Below are positions 1-9,495 of a DNA stretch of 64,000 nucleotides, piece after piece. The stretch's first letter is position 1, and each line of letters starts with the position of its first letter. Below the pieces are notes generated by a model. The model saw only the letters and a list, made by a program, of their open reading frames with translations. It searched no databases and was not told the DNA's origin. The DNA is from Chthoniobacteraceae bacterium (GTDB taxonomy: Bacteria; Verrucomicrobiota; Verrucomicrobiia; Chthoniobacterales; Chthoniobacteraceae). The DNA is taken from assembly GCA_031409335.1 (NCBI GenBank), contig JANNWY010000033.1, positions 8,509-72,508 on the forward strand, given 5' to 3'. The position numbers and the translations under genes were made by a program.

Positions 1-1
1 T

Positions 2-3000
2 ACGCGGACTTTTCCCAGCGTGGATCAGATGACGGTTCACTGCACGGTGTCCGACATGAAGGGCGGCATCGCGCGGAAGCATGTCGTCGTCAATGTGGGC
101 GCGCATGGACGCGGCGTGGTCGCGGGACGCATCACGGATGGTGCGCTGCCCGTCGTCGGCGTGCGAGTGACGAGCGACAACGCGAAGTATGCGTTTACTG
201 ACAGCAACGGTGATTACGCGGTGAGCGACCTCGCGGCTGGCAGTTACACGTTCACCACGCTGCTGACCGGCTACACATTTACGGAGAGCTACGTGAGCCC
301 CGTCACCGTCGTCGCGAACACGACCGTGAGTGGCAGGGACTGGACCGCTGGGAGCGTGCCGGAGTTGAGCATCACGGCGACCGGCGCTGCAGAAGGCGGC
401 GCCAATGGATCGTTCATCATCACGCGCACGGGCGACACGACTGCGGCGCTGGATGTGACCGTTGCGCCCGTCGGCGGAACTGCGACCAAGACGACCGACT
501 ACACATTTTCGCCCGACTATGTGGCGAGCGGTTCGCTTTATAAATTCACGATCCCGGCGGGACAGGCATCGCTCACGGTGGATGTCGCGGCGGTGAACGA
601 CACGGCGGCGGAAGGGCCGGAGAATGTGAAATTGCAGTTCTCCGTGGGTGGGTATCAGGTCCGCTCCGGCGGCGTCGCGGAGATCACCATCGCGGACAAC
701 GACACGACGCTACCTGTCGTGAAAGTGGTGTCGCCGGACTTCTACGCCAACGAGTCGGGCGACAACGGCGCGTTTGTCGTCACCCGCACGGGCGCGACGA
801 CGGGCGCGCTGAATGTCGTCGTCGCATGGAGCGGCACGGCCACGAACGGCACCGACTACGCATCGCAGCCGACCACGGTGACGATCCCAGTCGGCGCGGC
901 ATCCACGACCGTCACGCTCGGTCCGACCAACGATGCGGCCATCGAAGGCCCCGAAACTGCGATCATCACGATTTCGACCAACGCCGCGTACATCCGCGAT
1001 TTGGCGGAGCAGACCGCGACCGTGACCATCACGGACGACGACGTGCCGGTCGTGAGCGCAAACGCGCTCGACGCTGACGCGAACGAAGCGGGACGCGATC
1101 CTGGCATGGTGCTCATCACGCGCACCGGCCCGACCACCGCGCCGCTCACGGTTTATTACGGAATCTCTGGTCGCGCACTCCACGGCACGGATTACTACGC
1201 GCTGCCGGGGCAAATCACGATCCCCATCGGCGCGACGAGTGCGGCGGTGATGATCACGCCTTACGACGACGATATCGGCGAGACCGACCCGGAGTCGGTG
1301 ACGTTTAACCTCACGACTTACAACAACGCCTACCAGCTCGGCACAGCGTTCAGCGCGACGGTGAATATCGCGGACAACGACGACAAACCGCTCGTCAACG
1401 TGCGCGCCGGCACCGCGCCGGCCGAGCCAGGAACGGCAGGGACTTTCATCATCCGCAGCACTGGCTCCGCAACTGGAAACATTACGGTGAACTACACGCT
1501 CAGCGGCACTGCGACAGTCGGCGCCGACTACACCGCACCGAGCGGCAGCGTGACGCTCTCGGCAAACGGATCCGTTGAAACGACGGTGACCATTCCCATC
1601 CTCAACGACGCCGTCGCCGAGCCGACTGAGACGATCATTTTGCACATCACACCCGGCGCGACTTACAAAGTCCTGAACGACGGCAGCGCCACGCTGCGGC
1701 TGAAAGATGAGGACGCGGGCGACCGCGTGATGGTCTCCGCTTGGAACGACGGCATGGTTGAAGCCACCACGGCCGATACCGGTAAATTCTACTTCTCGCG
1801 CGGCGGCACGACCGGCGATCTCGTGGTGAGTTACATCGTGAGCGGCACCGCAACTAACGGCACCGACTACGACCTGCTCAGCGGAACCATCACGATTCCC
1901 GACACTGCGACCGGCGCAGATCTCATCGTCTCGCCGATCAACGACACGGTGCTCGAAGGCGCGGAAACCGTCACCGTTACCGTCGTCGCGGGCATTGGCT
2001 ACGATGCGGACCTTCCGGCCAGCGCGACGCTTTACCTCGCCGATAATGAAACACTGCCCGTGTCGGTCGGGTTTGCCAGCGCGACAGGAGCGACGACCGA
2101 GGCGCTCGTCGCGGGCAACGACTACCGCGACATCGCCGTGACTCTCGACATCGCGAGCGCCGATTCCGTGACCGTGGAATACACCAGCGGCGGCGGCACC
2201 GCGGCGGGCGACGACATCGACTGGGCCTTCCTCGATGCAGCCAATGGCAATGCACCGATTCCCGGTGGCCTGCTCACATTTGCGCCCGGCGAACTGTCGA
2301 AAAGTGTCCGCGTGCGCGTGCGCAACGACGGCGTCAGCGAAGGCAATGAAACGGCGATCCTCGATCTGAACAACCCGCGATTTGCCCGAATCTCCAGCAC
2401 TCGCGAGAAGCACACCCTCACCATCAGCGACGCCGACGACCTCGCTGCACGCGTGCGCTTTATCGTCTCATCTTCAACCAAGGGCGAAGGCGACGGAACC
2501 GAGCCGCTGCTCATGGCTGTCATGGACCGGGCGCTCACGACCAGCGCCACGGTGCAATACACTGTCGGCGGCACGGCGACCTCGGGCAGCGACTACACAC
2601 TCGCACCCGGCACGCTCACATTTGCCGCGGGCGAAACCGTGAAGCTGCTGCCTTTCACCATTCTCACGGACGGCGTGCCCGAGCCCGCGGAGACCGTCAT
2701 CGTCACGCTCGCGAGTCCGACCAGCAGCGTGCTCGGCGCGCCTGTCACCCACACGATTACGATTACAGACAGCACTCGTCCGGCGGTTTCCATTTCCGGT
2801 CCGGTGGATGTCGTCGAAGCCGATGGCTCTGCCAACTATGCCATCACACGCAGCGGCGGGACGACCTTTGCGCTGACCGTTTTACTCACCGCAAGCGGCA
2901 CTGCCACCGCGCCGGATGATTACACCGCGCTGCCCGCGAGCGTCACGATTCCCATCGGCGCTTCGAGTGCGCCGCTGTCAGTCACGCTGAACAATGACAT

Positions 3001-4660
3001 CGCGGAAGAAACAGACGAAACGCTGACCATCGCCATTTCGCCCGATCCGAACTATGACCTCGGTCCGGTGTCGCAACTAACGACAACCATCGAAGACGAC
3101 GACGCGCTGCCGGTGATCACGATCACATCACCGCTGCGCCCCGAAGTCGCAATTCCTGCGGGCAACGGAATCATGCTCGTCGTCGAGGCCACCCGCACGA
3201 CGCCCGCGGGCACGGTGACGGTCCCCGTGACTTGGACGACCCTCAGCGGGCCCGGCACGGTGACTTTTGAAACGGCCACGAGCAGCAGCGTTGCCGCGTC
3301 ATTTTCCGCACCGGGTGCATACGTGCTGCAAGCCAGCGCGACCTACGGGACGAACACCGTCACCGAAACGGTGAAAGTGAACGTCGGCCAGACACTCACC
3401 GCGCAAACCATCGGCACCACGACCGCCGCCGGAACATGGAGCGAGGCGGACACGGTGCCCGGTTCACTCGCGGGTGGTGAAATCACCATCACCGGCGCGG
3501 GCAGCGGCATCAGCAGCAGCGGCCTGAGCGACGGATTCTATTTCCTCGCCGCGCCGCGCACTGGCGACTTCGACCTCGTCGTCCGCGTCGCGAGCTTCAC
3601 GAACCCAGGCGCAAGCGGCTCGTTCCGCCTCGGCCTCATGGCGCGTGCGTCCAGCGCCGCGAACGCGCCCTACGCGATGACGATGCTCAAAGGCGCGGGC
3701 ACGCATACTTACCAGGCCCGCCTGACCGTCGGCACCGACCCGTATCAGTCCGACGGCAACACTGTTTATACGATGCCGTATTACCTCCGGCTCGTCCGCG
3801 TGGGGGATAATTTCAGCGCCTACTATGGAGCCGATGGCGTGGCGTGGTCGCAGCGTGGTGCGACGCAGAGCATCGCAGACATGGGCGCGTCGCCGCTCGT
3901 GGGCCTCGCCATCACGAGCGCCGTCCCCGCCACCGCCTCGACCGCGGTATTCGACAAAGCGAACTTCTATTTGCCCACGAACATCGGCCCGAACGTGAAC
4001 GCCGGTGCCGCCCTCACCGGCGCGGGTCCGTGGAATATCGACGCCACCGTGACCGACGACGCGCGCCCCATTCCCGCGAGCCTCACTCCACTCTGGCTGC
4101 CGGAAAGCAGCGTGACATTTGCCAGCGCCACATCCGTGGATACCGGCGTGACGTTCGATGCCTCCGGCACCTACCGCCTGCGTCTGACCGTCAGCGACGG
4201 AGCCATCACGACCTTCGACGACACAACCGCCACCGTCACCACCGCCCCGCTCCTCGCCTGGCGGCAAACCCACTTCGGCACGACCGCAGGCACCGGCGAC
4301 GCCGCCAACATGGCCGACATGGAAAACGACGGCTGGGTGAACCTCGTCGAGTACGCGCTGCTCTCCGTGCCTACCGAACATGGCAGCGCACCCTTCAGCA
4401 TCGCGAGCGCGCCGGGCGCATTCGTCCTCACGCTCTCGCGCGACCCCGCGCGCACCGACGTGACCATCACCATCGAAGCCTGCGACAACCTCGCCACTGG
4501 TCCGTGGACCGCAATCGCGCGCAGCACGAGCGGCGGAGTCTTCACGTCACTCGCTCCCGAAGCCGCCATCGGCGAAACCGGCACGGGTCCCGTCGCCGTC
4601 ACGATCACCGTGACCGCGCATCGTTTTTTCCGTATCAAAGTGGAAACGACAACGCCGTAG
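2..4660 (+). CDS. Large secreted Calx-beta repeat protein (5' partial) with carboxypeptidase-regulatory-like N-part and verrucomicrobial-type C-terminal domain
   Basis: Frame is open from the window start. Repeated Calx-beta units (GTATNGTDY...D..E..ET). C-terminus reads AWRQTHFG...DGWVNLVEYAL...IEACDNL..GPW...RFFRIKV. Confidence 0.85.
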   Translation, partial: TRTFPSVDQMTVHCTVSDMKGGIARKHVVVNVGAHGRGVVAGRITDGALPVVGVRVTSDNAKYAFTDSNGDYAVSDLAAGSYTFTTLLTGYTFTESYVSPVTVVANTTVSGRDWTAGSVPELSITATGAAEGGANGSFIITRTGDTTAALDVTVAPVGGTATKTTDYTFSPDYVASGSLYKFTIPAGQASLTVDVAAVNDTAAEGPENVKLQFSVGGYQVRSGGVAEITIADNDTTLPVVKVVSPDFYANESGDNGAFVVTRTGATTGALNVVVAWSGTATNGTDYASQPTTVTIPVGAASTTVTLGPTNDAAIEGPETAIITISTNAAYIRDLAEQTATVTITDDDVPVVSANALDADANEAGRDPGMVLITRTGPTTAPLTVYYGISGRALHGTDYYALPGQITIPIGATSAAVMITPYDDDIGETDPESVTFNLTTYNNAYQLGTAFSATVNIADNDDKPLVNVRAGTAPAEPGTAGTFIIRSTGSATGNITVNYTLSGTATVGADYTAPSGSVTLSANGSVETTVTIPILNDAVAEPTETIILHITPGATYKVLNDGSATLRLKDEDAGDRVMVSAWNDGMVEATTADTGKFYFSRGGTTGDLVVSYIVSGTATNGTDYDLLSGTITIPDTATGADLIVSPINDTVLEGAETVTVTVVAGIGYDADLPASATLYLADNETLPVSVGFASATGATTEALVAGNDYRDIAVTLDIASADSVTVEYTSGGGTAAGDDIDWAFLDAANGNAPIPGGLLTFAPGELSKSVRVRVRNDGVSEGNETAILDLNNPRFARISSTREKHTLTISDADDLAARVRFIVSSSTKGEGDGTEPLLMAVMDRALTTSATVQYTVGGTATSGSDYTLAPGTLTFAAGETVKLLPFTILTDGVPEPAETVIVTLASPTSSVLGAPVTHTITITDSTRPAVSISGPVDVVEADGSANYAITRSGGTTFALTVLLTASGTATAPDDYTALPASVTIPIGASSAPLSVTLNNDIAEETDETLTIAISPDPNYDLGPVSQLTTTIEDDDALPVITITSPLRPEVAIPAGNGIMLVVEATRTTPAGTVTVPVTWTTLSGPGTVTFETATSSSVAASFSAPGAYVLQASATYGTNTVTETVKVNVGQTLTAQTIGTTTAAGTWSEADTVPGSLAGGEITITGAGSGISSSGLSDGFYFLAAPRTGDFDLVVRVASFTNPGASGSFRLGLMARASSAANAPYAMTMLKGAGTHTYQARLTVGTDPYQSDGNTVYTMPYYLRLVRVGDNFSAYYGADGVAWSQRGATQSIADMGASPLVGLAITSAVPATASTAVFDKANFYLPTNIGPNVNAGAALTGAGPWNIDATVTDDARPIPASLTPLWLPESSVTFASATSVDTGVTFDASGTYRLRLTVSDGAITTFDDTTATVTTAPLLAWRQTHFGTTAGTGDAANMADMENDGWVNLVEYALLSVPTEHGSAPFSIASAPGAFVLTLSRDPARTDVTITIEACDNLATGPWTAIARSTSGGVFTSLAPEAAIGETGTGPVAVTITVTAHRFFRIKVETTTP

Positions 4661-4777
4661 CGCGGGATTCCAACCTGCCACACGCGTACCATCCGGGGAC
4701 ATGACGCAGGCCGGAGACCCCCGATACCGCAGACGGAACGCCCCCGCTACAATTTCGCCGCGATCGCCGTTCTGTGA

Positions 4778-4808
4778 TCTTGCACATATGCACGGACTGA
4801 CCCTTTTT
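4778..4808. repeat. Half copy of REP-like element (TTGCACATATGCACGGACTGACCCTTTT)
   Basis: Near-identical to 8053-8082, 8473-8502 and 8632-8657. Lies next to the stop codon of the PEP-CTERM gene. Confidence 0.8.
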
Positions 4809-4810
4809 CC

Positions 4811-5941
4811 CTATTCTCCCTGTCTGCGGCGTCTCTTGAGCGGGAACATCCAACCGGCGCCGATCAGCAACAGGGCAGACGAGGGCTCGGGAACCGGGAC
4901 GGGATCGAGGCGAAGCACCTGCCGCTGGCCGTCGATGAAGCCGAAGGCGACTATTTGACCGAGATTGTTGATATTATTGCCATAGCCGGGTTCGAGTAAG
5001 CCGGTTACACCTGATCCGGGCAAGAGAAGGGTGGAAAGGTCATACATCACCCCGTCAGTATAAAGAAAGGCAACGTTGGTAACGTTGTCTCCCAGGAAGG
5101 AATCACCGGTTATATCCCCTGAATCGTTGATGCCATAGGCGATGCTCGACCAGCCGCCAAGTGTGCCGAGGTCGGTCGGCGTCGTCCCGTCCCACCGCAC
5201 GGCATGCAGGAAACCTTCAGCGAGGGATGATGCACCTATGATTTGCCCCGAGGCGTTGATGCCAAGGCCGTAACTATACGCGCCTCCGAGCGTCCCCAGG
5301 TCGGTCATGGTCGTGCCATTCCATACGAACGCATGCGAGGAACCGATGTCGGTCACGTTGGAGCTGCCAACAACCGTTCCGGCAGCATTTATGGCTTGGG
5401 CACCGCTGTTGGGACCGCCGAGAGTGCCAAGGTCGGTCGGCGTCGTCCCAGTCCATCGCACTGCATGACGTGCACTATTACCCGTGAGGGAGGACACCCC
5501 CGCGACCTGACCCGAGTCGTTAATGGCATAACCATAACTATCCGAACCACCAAGGGTGTCGAGGTTGGTTGGCGTCGTGCCCGTCCACCGCACCGCGCGG
5601 GTCCCCATTGACGTATCGGAATAGCCGGCGATTTGCCCGACGTCATTGATACTAATGCCACGGCTGCTGCCCCCGTCTATGCTGCCAAGATTGGTCGGAG
5701 TTGTATCCGTCCACCGCACCGCGTTGTCACGGATGTGTTGGAAGTAAGGGGCACTGTAATAGCCAGTAACTTCCCCAAAGTCATTGATACCGAAACCATT
5801 CGTTTCGGATGCATTGGGCGCGGTACCAAGAACGGTGACGCTGTATTGCGGAGGGCCTGCATGGACAAGAGTGGGGAGGACAATGAGCGCCAGCACTCCG
5901 GCCAGCGTGATTCCAAGTTTGATCGCGGTGATTGTTTTCAT
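4811..5941 (-). CDS. HAF-family extracellular repeat protein with PEP-CTERM sorting signal
   Basis: Signal peptide; repeats HAVRWTGTTPTDLGTLGG..S.AY.IN..GQ; C-terminal VPEPSS + hydrophobic segment + KRRRR. Confidence 0.9.
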   Translation of the reverse strand: MKTITAIKLGITLAGVLALIVLPTLVHAGPPQYSVTVLGTAPNASETNGFGINDFGEVTGYYSAPYFQHIRDNAVRWTDTTPTNLGSIDGGSSRGISINDVGQIAGYSDTSMGTRAVRWTGTTPTNLDTLGGSDSYGYAINDSGQVAGVSSLTGNSARHAVRWTGTTPTDLGTLGGPNSGAQAINAAGTVVGSSNVTDIGSSHAFVWNGTTMTDLGTLGGAYSYGLGINASGQIIGASSLAEGFLHAVRWDGTTPTDLGTLGGWSSIAYGINDSGDITGDSFLGDNVTNVAFLYTDGVMYDLSTLLLPGSGVTGLLEPGYGNNINNLGQIVAFGFIDGQRQVLRLDPVPVPEPSSALLLIGAGWMFPLKRRRRQGE

Positions 5942-6031
5942 GTTCTGATTCTCCGGTTTGGGGGCAGTGCGTTGCCTCCGGTGACGGGGACGACATTTCC
6001 ACTATTCCGCCAAAAGAACGAATCGCAGGGC

Positions 6032-6148
6032 AAAGGGGTCACAGGGCAAAGGGGTCAGGAGAATAATTGCGCAAGCACACACAAGCAAAGGGGTCAGCAA
6101 GCAAAGGCAAGCAAAGGAAAGCAAAGGGGTCAGGAGAATAATTGCGCA
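6032..6148. repeat. Cluster of four AAAGGGGTCA motifs including a 28-bp direct repeat
   Basis: AAAGGGGTCA at 6032, 6048, 6087 and 6123. GCAAAGGGGTCAGGAGAATAATTGCGCA at 6046-6073 and 6121-6148. Confidence 0.9.
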
Positions 6149-6362
6149 TGTTTCAACGCTCGCGCCGGCGCATTGGTCAATCGAGAGACGTTCATGGCAC
6201 CGCCCATTTGCAGTTCTTCGCCCAGCCACTTCAACGGCACGGCGCACTCCTTTCTCACCGCGCGAGCCAGTTGCACTTTGCGCGGATCGCTCTTGCGCAG
6301 CGCGGCCAGTGCGGCCCGCTCCAACCCCGCTTCCACCAACCCCTCCTCGATAATCGCCTTCG
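6130..6362 (-). pseudogene. C-terminal fragment of a Y1/HUH (RAYT/IS200-like) transposase
   Basis: LRKSDPRKVQLARAVRKECAVPLKWLGEELQMG...VSR resembles the C-terminal helical part of these transposases. Its TGA stop overlaps the TGACCCC motif. Confidence 0.65.
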
Positions 6363-6365
6363 GAG

Positions 6366-6490
6366 AAAGGGGTCGCTTCTTGAAACTCGCTCTTAGCATC
6401 GGAAGAAGGCATCTTTTTGAGATCTTTGTTGGCACGTAGATTGTAGCACGGCAAATAGAAAAAGAGCGAGTTTCAAAAAGCGACCCCTTT
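6366..6490. repeat. REPIN/MITE-like element with 29-bp inverted arms
   Basis: AAAGGGGTCGCTTCTTGAAACTCGCTCTT (6366-6394) matches the reverse complement of 6462-6490 at 28/29 positions. Confidence 0.9.
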
Positions 6491-6607
6491 CCAGAAGCCG
6501 CCATCGGCGAAACCGGAACGAGTCCCATCGCCATCACGATCACCGTGACGAACGCCCCGCACACCCAGCGTTGCTTCCGCGTAAAAGTCGGGACGCCCAC
6601 GCCGTAG
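6491..6607 (+). pseudogene. Headless short copy of the 3' end of the Calx-beta gene
   Basis: Near-identical to 8284-8400 and similar to 4556-4660. Ends at TAG directly followed by AAAGGGGTC. Confidence 0.85.
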
Positions 6608-6642
6608 AAAGGGGTCGCTTGACGGAAGTGCTGTGGCGAGAG

Positions 6643-8031
6643 GGTTGTGTCCGTCAAGGTTCAGCAAAAGGAGTGGGTCAGTGGCCGGTGGAAGCGGGTG
6701 ATTTTTAGTTTGGCGGGTTGGTGATTTTGTCTCGGTTCGGGGGGAACATTTAGGCAGCTAGTTGGAGAGAGGGTTTGAGCTGATCGCGCAGCGGTTGCAT
6801 GTCGAGGAAGACGGGACCGTCGAGCCATTCCTCGTGCTGCTCGCAGGCCAGCGCGCGGATCAGCCGCAGGCAGCTTGCCTCGTTTGGGAAGATACGCACG
6901 ACATGGGTGCGGCGCTTGAGTTCCTGGTTGAGCCGTTCGAGGAGATTGGTGCTTTTGAGGTGTTTGTGATGCTCGCGCGGGCTGCGGTAAAAGGTCCAGG
7001 TCTCCTCGATGCTTTCTTCGACCCAGGCGCAGAGCTTGGGATGTTTGGCGGCCCATTTTTCGATCCAGGCACGGAGTTGGAGGCGGGCTTCGGCAACATT
7101 GCGCAGGTCGTAGAGCCAGCGCAGTTCGGTCAGGCAGTCGTCGCTGGCCTTGCGCGGGAGGTGGTCGAGCGCATTGCGCAGGAAGTGAACGTAGCAGCGC
7201 TGCCAGGCGGCCTCGGGGAGGACTTCGGCGATGGCCCGCTTGAGCCCGGCGTGATCGTCGCTGATGGCCGTGCGCACGCCGCGCAGGCCACGCGCCTTGA
7301 GCCCGAGGAGGAACTCCCGCCAACTCGTGGCGCTCTCACGCCCGGCCAGTTCGACGCCGATGATGCGCCGTCGTCCTTCCCAGTCGATGCCGATGGCGAT
7401 GAGCACCGCGCGCGAGCGGATGACGCCCTCCTCGCGCACCTTCTCGTAACGGGCATCGACGATGAGATAGGGATACTCGCCCTCCAGCGCCTGCCGGGCG
7501 AAGCGTTCCAGCTCTGCATCGAGCTTCGTGTTGAGTTCGCTGATCGTGCTCGCGCTGAACTCATGTCCGCAGAGTTCCTCGCTGATGGCCTTGACCTTGC
7601 GCGTCGAAACCCCCTGCACATACATCTCCACCAACGCCGCCACGAGTGCCTTCTCGCTGCGCTGATAACGCTCGAAGATCTCCGTGCTGAAACGCCCCGC
7701 CCGATCCTGCGGCACGCGCAGTTCGAGCGTGCCCACGCGGGTAATGAGTTTGCGCGGGTAGTAGCCGCTGCGGTAGCCCAGCCTCTCGCTGCTGCGCTCG
7801 CCCTTGGCTGCACCCAGGGCATCCTTCATTTCGGCTTCGAGGAACTCCTGCACGGCGATCTGCACGATCGGGCGCAAAATATCCTCCTCTTCGGCCAACA
7901 TCGCTTTGAGTTCTTTCACGGATTTGATACTGCTCTTTTGGGTCATGGTTTTCTTTTGGGTTCGGGTTGCTTGCTCGCTCCCGTCCCTACCATGACCCGC
8001 TTTCTTTTTGCAGAACTCTCAGGACGTAACC
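6643..8031 (-). mobile_element. IS256-family insertion sequence with 8-bp target duplication
   Basis: Imperfect terminal inverted repeats (GGTTGTGTCC...GTTCAGCAAAAG / CTTTTTGCAGAAC...GGACGTAACC). Direct repeat GGCGAGAG at 6635-6642 and 8032-8039. Confidence 0.92.
6750..7946 (-). CDS. IS256-family (mutator) transposase
   Basis: Motifs GYRSGYYPR, LRVPQDR, MYVQGVSTRKV, WQRCYVHFLRN, STNLLERLNQELKRRT. ORF intact. Confidence 0.97.
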   Translation of the reverse strand: MTQKSSIKSVKELKAMLAEEEDILRPIVQIAVQEFLEAEMKDALGAAKGERSSERLGYRSGYYPRKLITRVGTLELRVPQDRAGRFSTEIFERYQRSEKALVAALVEMYVQGVSTRKVKAISEELCGHEFSASTISELNTKLDAELERFARQALEGEYPYLIVDARYEKVREEGVIRSRAVLIAIGIDWEGRRRIIGVELAGRESATSWREFLLGLKARGLRGVRTAISDDHAGLKRAIAEVLPEAAWQRCYVHFLRNALDHLPRKASDDCLTELRWLYDLRNVAEARLQLRAWIEKWAAKHPKLCAWVEESIEETWTFYRSPREHHKHLKSTNLLERLNQELKRRTHVVRIFPNEASCLRLIRALACEQHEEWLDGPVFLDMQPLRDQLKPSLQLAA

Positions 8032-8085
8032 GGCGAGAGAGCGCAGTCGCCGTCTTGCACATATGCACGGACCGACCCCTTTCCC

Positions 8086-8400
8086 CTGCTCACCTCGCCC
8101 ACCGAACATCATGGCGCACCCTTCACCATCGCCACCGCGCCGGGCGCATTCGTCCTCACCCTCTCGCGCGACCCCGCGCGCACCGACGTGACCATCACCA
8201 TCGAAGCCTGCGACAACCTCGCCACCGGTCCGTGGACCGCAATCGCGCGCAGCACGAGCGGCAGAGTCTTCACATCACTCGCTCCCGAAGCTGCCATCGG
8301 CGAAACCGGCACGAGTCCCGTCGCCGTCACGATCACCGTGACGAACGCCCCGCACACCCAGCGTTGCTTCCGCGTGAAAGTCGGGACGCCCACGCCGTAG
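8086..8400 (+). pseudogene. Headless variant copy of the Calx-beta gene C-terminal domain
   Basis: Aligns to 4358-4660 with scattered substitutions and a 12-nt insertion. Bounded by GACCCCTTT upstream and AAAGGGGTC downstream. Confidence 0.9.
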
Positions 8401-8424
8401 AAAGGGGTCGCGTCTTGAGGTTAG

Positions 8425-8502
8425 AAAGGGGTCGCTTGACGGAAGCGCTGTGGCGAGAGAGCGCAGTCGCCGTCTTGCACGTATGCACGGACCGACCCCT
8501 TT
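8425..8502. repeat. 78-bp REP-like palindromic element, intact copy
   Basis: AAAGGGGTCG...CGACCCCTTT ends with internal GACGG/CCGTC and TGCA..TGCA symmetry. The same element at 6608-8082 is split by IS256; a degenerate copy lies at ~8580-8660. Confidence 0.9.
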
Positions 8503-8756
8503 CCCGCTCGCTCGCGCGGCGCGATGCCTGCACGGCGGGCGGGCCGCAAACACTTTCGCGGCGGGACGCCGCCACACTTCAACGGAAGCGCGGTGGCGAG
8601 AGAGCGCAGTTCATCCAGAGAAACGGCATTTTTGCACATATGCACGGACTGACCCTTCCCCCCGATGTTAGTGACTTTTTATCCCAAATCGCCCTTAACT
8701 TATTGCCATTCAAAGCTGACCCCGTTCCCTGTTCGAATAACGTCTTGGAATCCCTT

Positions 8757-8999
8757 TTATACGCTCTGCAATCGCATTCGAACTTCAGCGGCAACAAATG
8801 TGCGCGCTTTCAAGACCATTACTGCGCACCAATCTTTTCCATCGACAATTTGCTCAACAGTCGGGTTTTTCTCGCTTCCTGAACTAGCGATTTCCTTCCA
8901 TGAAGCATATTTCGGCATTTCAAACGCACGCTGTTCCGCATCGCAAGCCGAAAGGGCTATAACCGAAATTAAACCGAGGGCAAAAAAAATGGATTTCAT
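8757..8999 (-). CDS. Small putative lipoprotein, possibly truncated
   Basis: MKSIFFALGLISVIALSAC lipobox; AT-rich segment. Confidence 0.5.
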   Translation of the reverse strand: MKSIFFALGLISVIALSACDAEQRAFEMPKYASWKEIASSGSEKNPTVEQIVDGKDWCAVMVLKARTFVAAEVRMRLQSV

Positions 9000-9064
9000 T
9001 TTGGCGCAGGTCAGAAGTCTATTTTTTCCCTTTACCATTAAAAGCAATAACAGGTCTGTCTCTT

Positions 9065-9216
9065 TATTGTTCCCCGCCGCTATAGCTGATCCCTGTCAAT
9101 TCCCCCAGCCCATTGTGCGTGTAATTCGCCACCACTCCGCGCGCCCACGTCCGCGTGAGCACCGGACCTTTCGGATCGTACGTGTAAAGTGCGCCCTTCC
9201 CGGCGGCGTCTTTCTT
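9065..9216 (-). pseudogene. RHS/YD-repeat protein fragment
   Basis: Manual translation KKDAAGKGALYTYDPKGPVLTRTWARGVVANYTHNGLGELTGISYS; no start codon. Confidence 0.6.
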
Positions 9217-9265
9217 TAGAATCGAGAATTCCCCTCACGGAGGGCAGGCTATTTCCGGTCGTCAG

Positions 9266-9319
9266 ATCGAGGACATGATAAACCGCCCCGGAATATTCAA
9301 CGCGCGGTTTTCGAGCCAT
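9266..9319 (-). pseudogene. N-terminal fragment of a Y1/HUH (RAYT/IS200-like) transposase
   Basis: MARKPRVEYSGAVYHVLD is the typical start of this family; it breaks off before the expected RG motif. Confidence 0.7.
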
Positions 9320-9495
9320 GGGCAAAGACTCCACGCGAGAATCACCAAGCTGCGCAAGGGTAAACAAGCTCGATTCTAGAGCTGAGCCCGCTCCCTGCGC
9401 CACGGATGGTGGAAGAAGTTGCGTACGACAGGCGCCATTTCCCCGAATAAACATATTTGCTGCACGGGTGCGTGATTCCGTGTCACTCCGCGGAA

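Noticed and set aside
710..4704. Long antisense or alternative-frame ORFs within the Calx-beta gene (and similar ones across the window)
   Set aside because: Expected in high-GC DNA; Arg-rich composition and full overlap with well-supported genes.
4358..8400. Diversity-generating retroelement (VR/TR pair at a gene 3' end)
   Set aside because: Mismatches are not adenine-specific, include an indel and synonymous changes, and no reverse transcriptase is in the window.
6032..8660. CRISPR array or classical integron attC array
   Set aside because: Repeats are irregularly spaced and in both orientations; no cas or integrase gene and no GTTRRRY-bounded attC structure was recognised.
6762..8882. 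706-aa plus-strand ORF
   Set aside because: Antisense shadow of the IS256 transposase running through repeats; no recognisable protein features.
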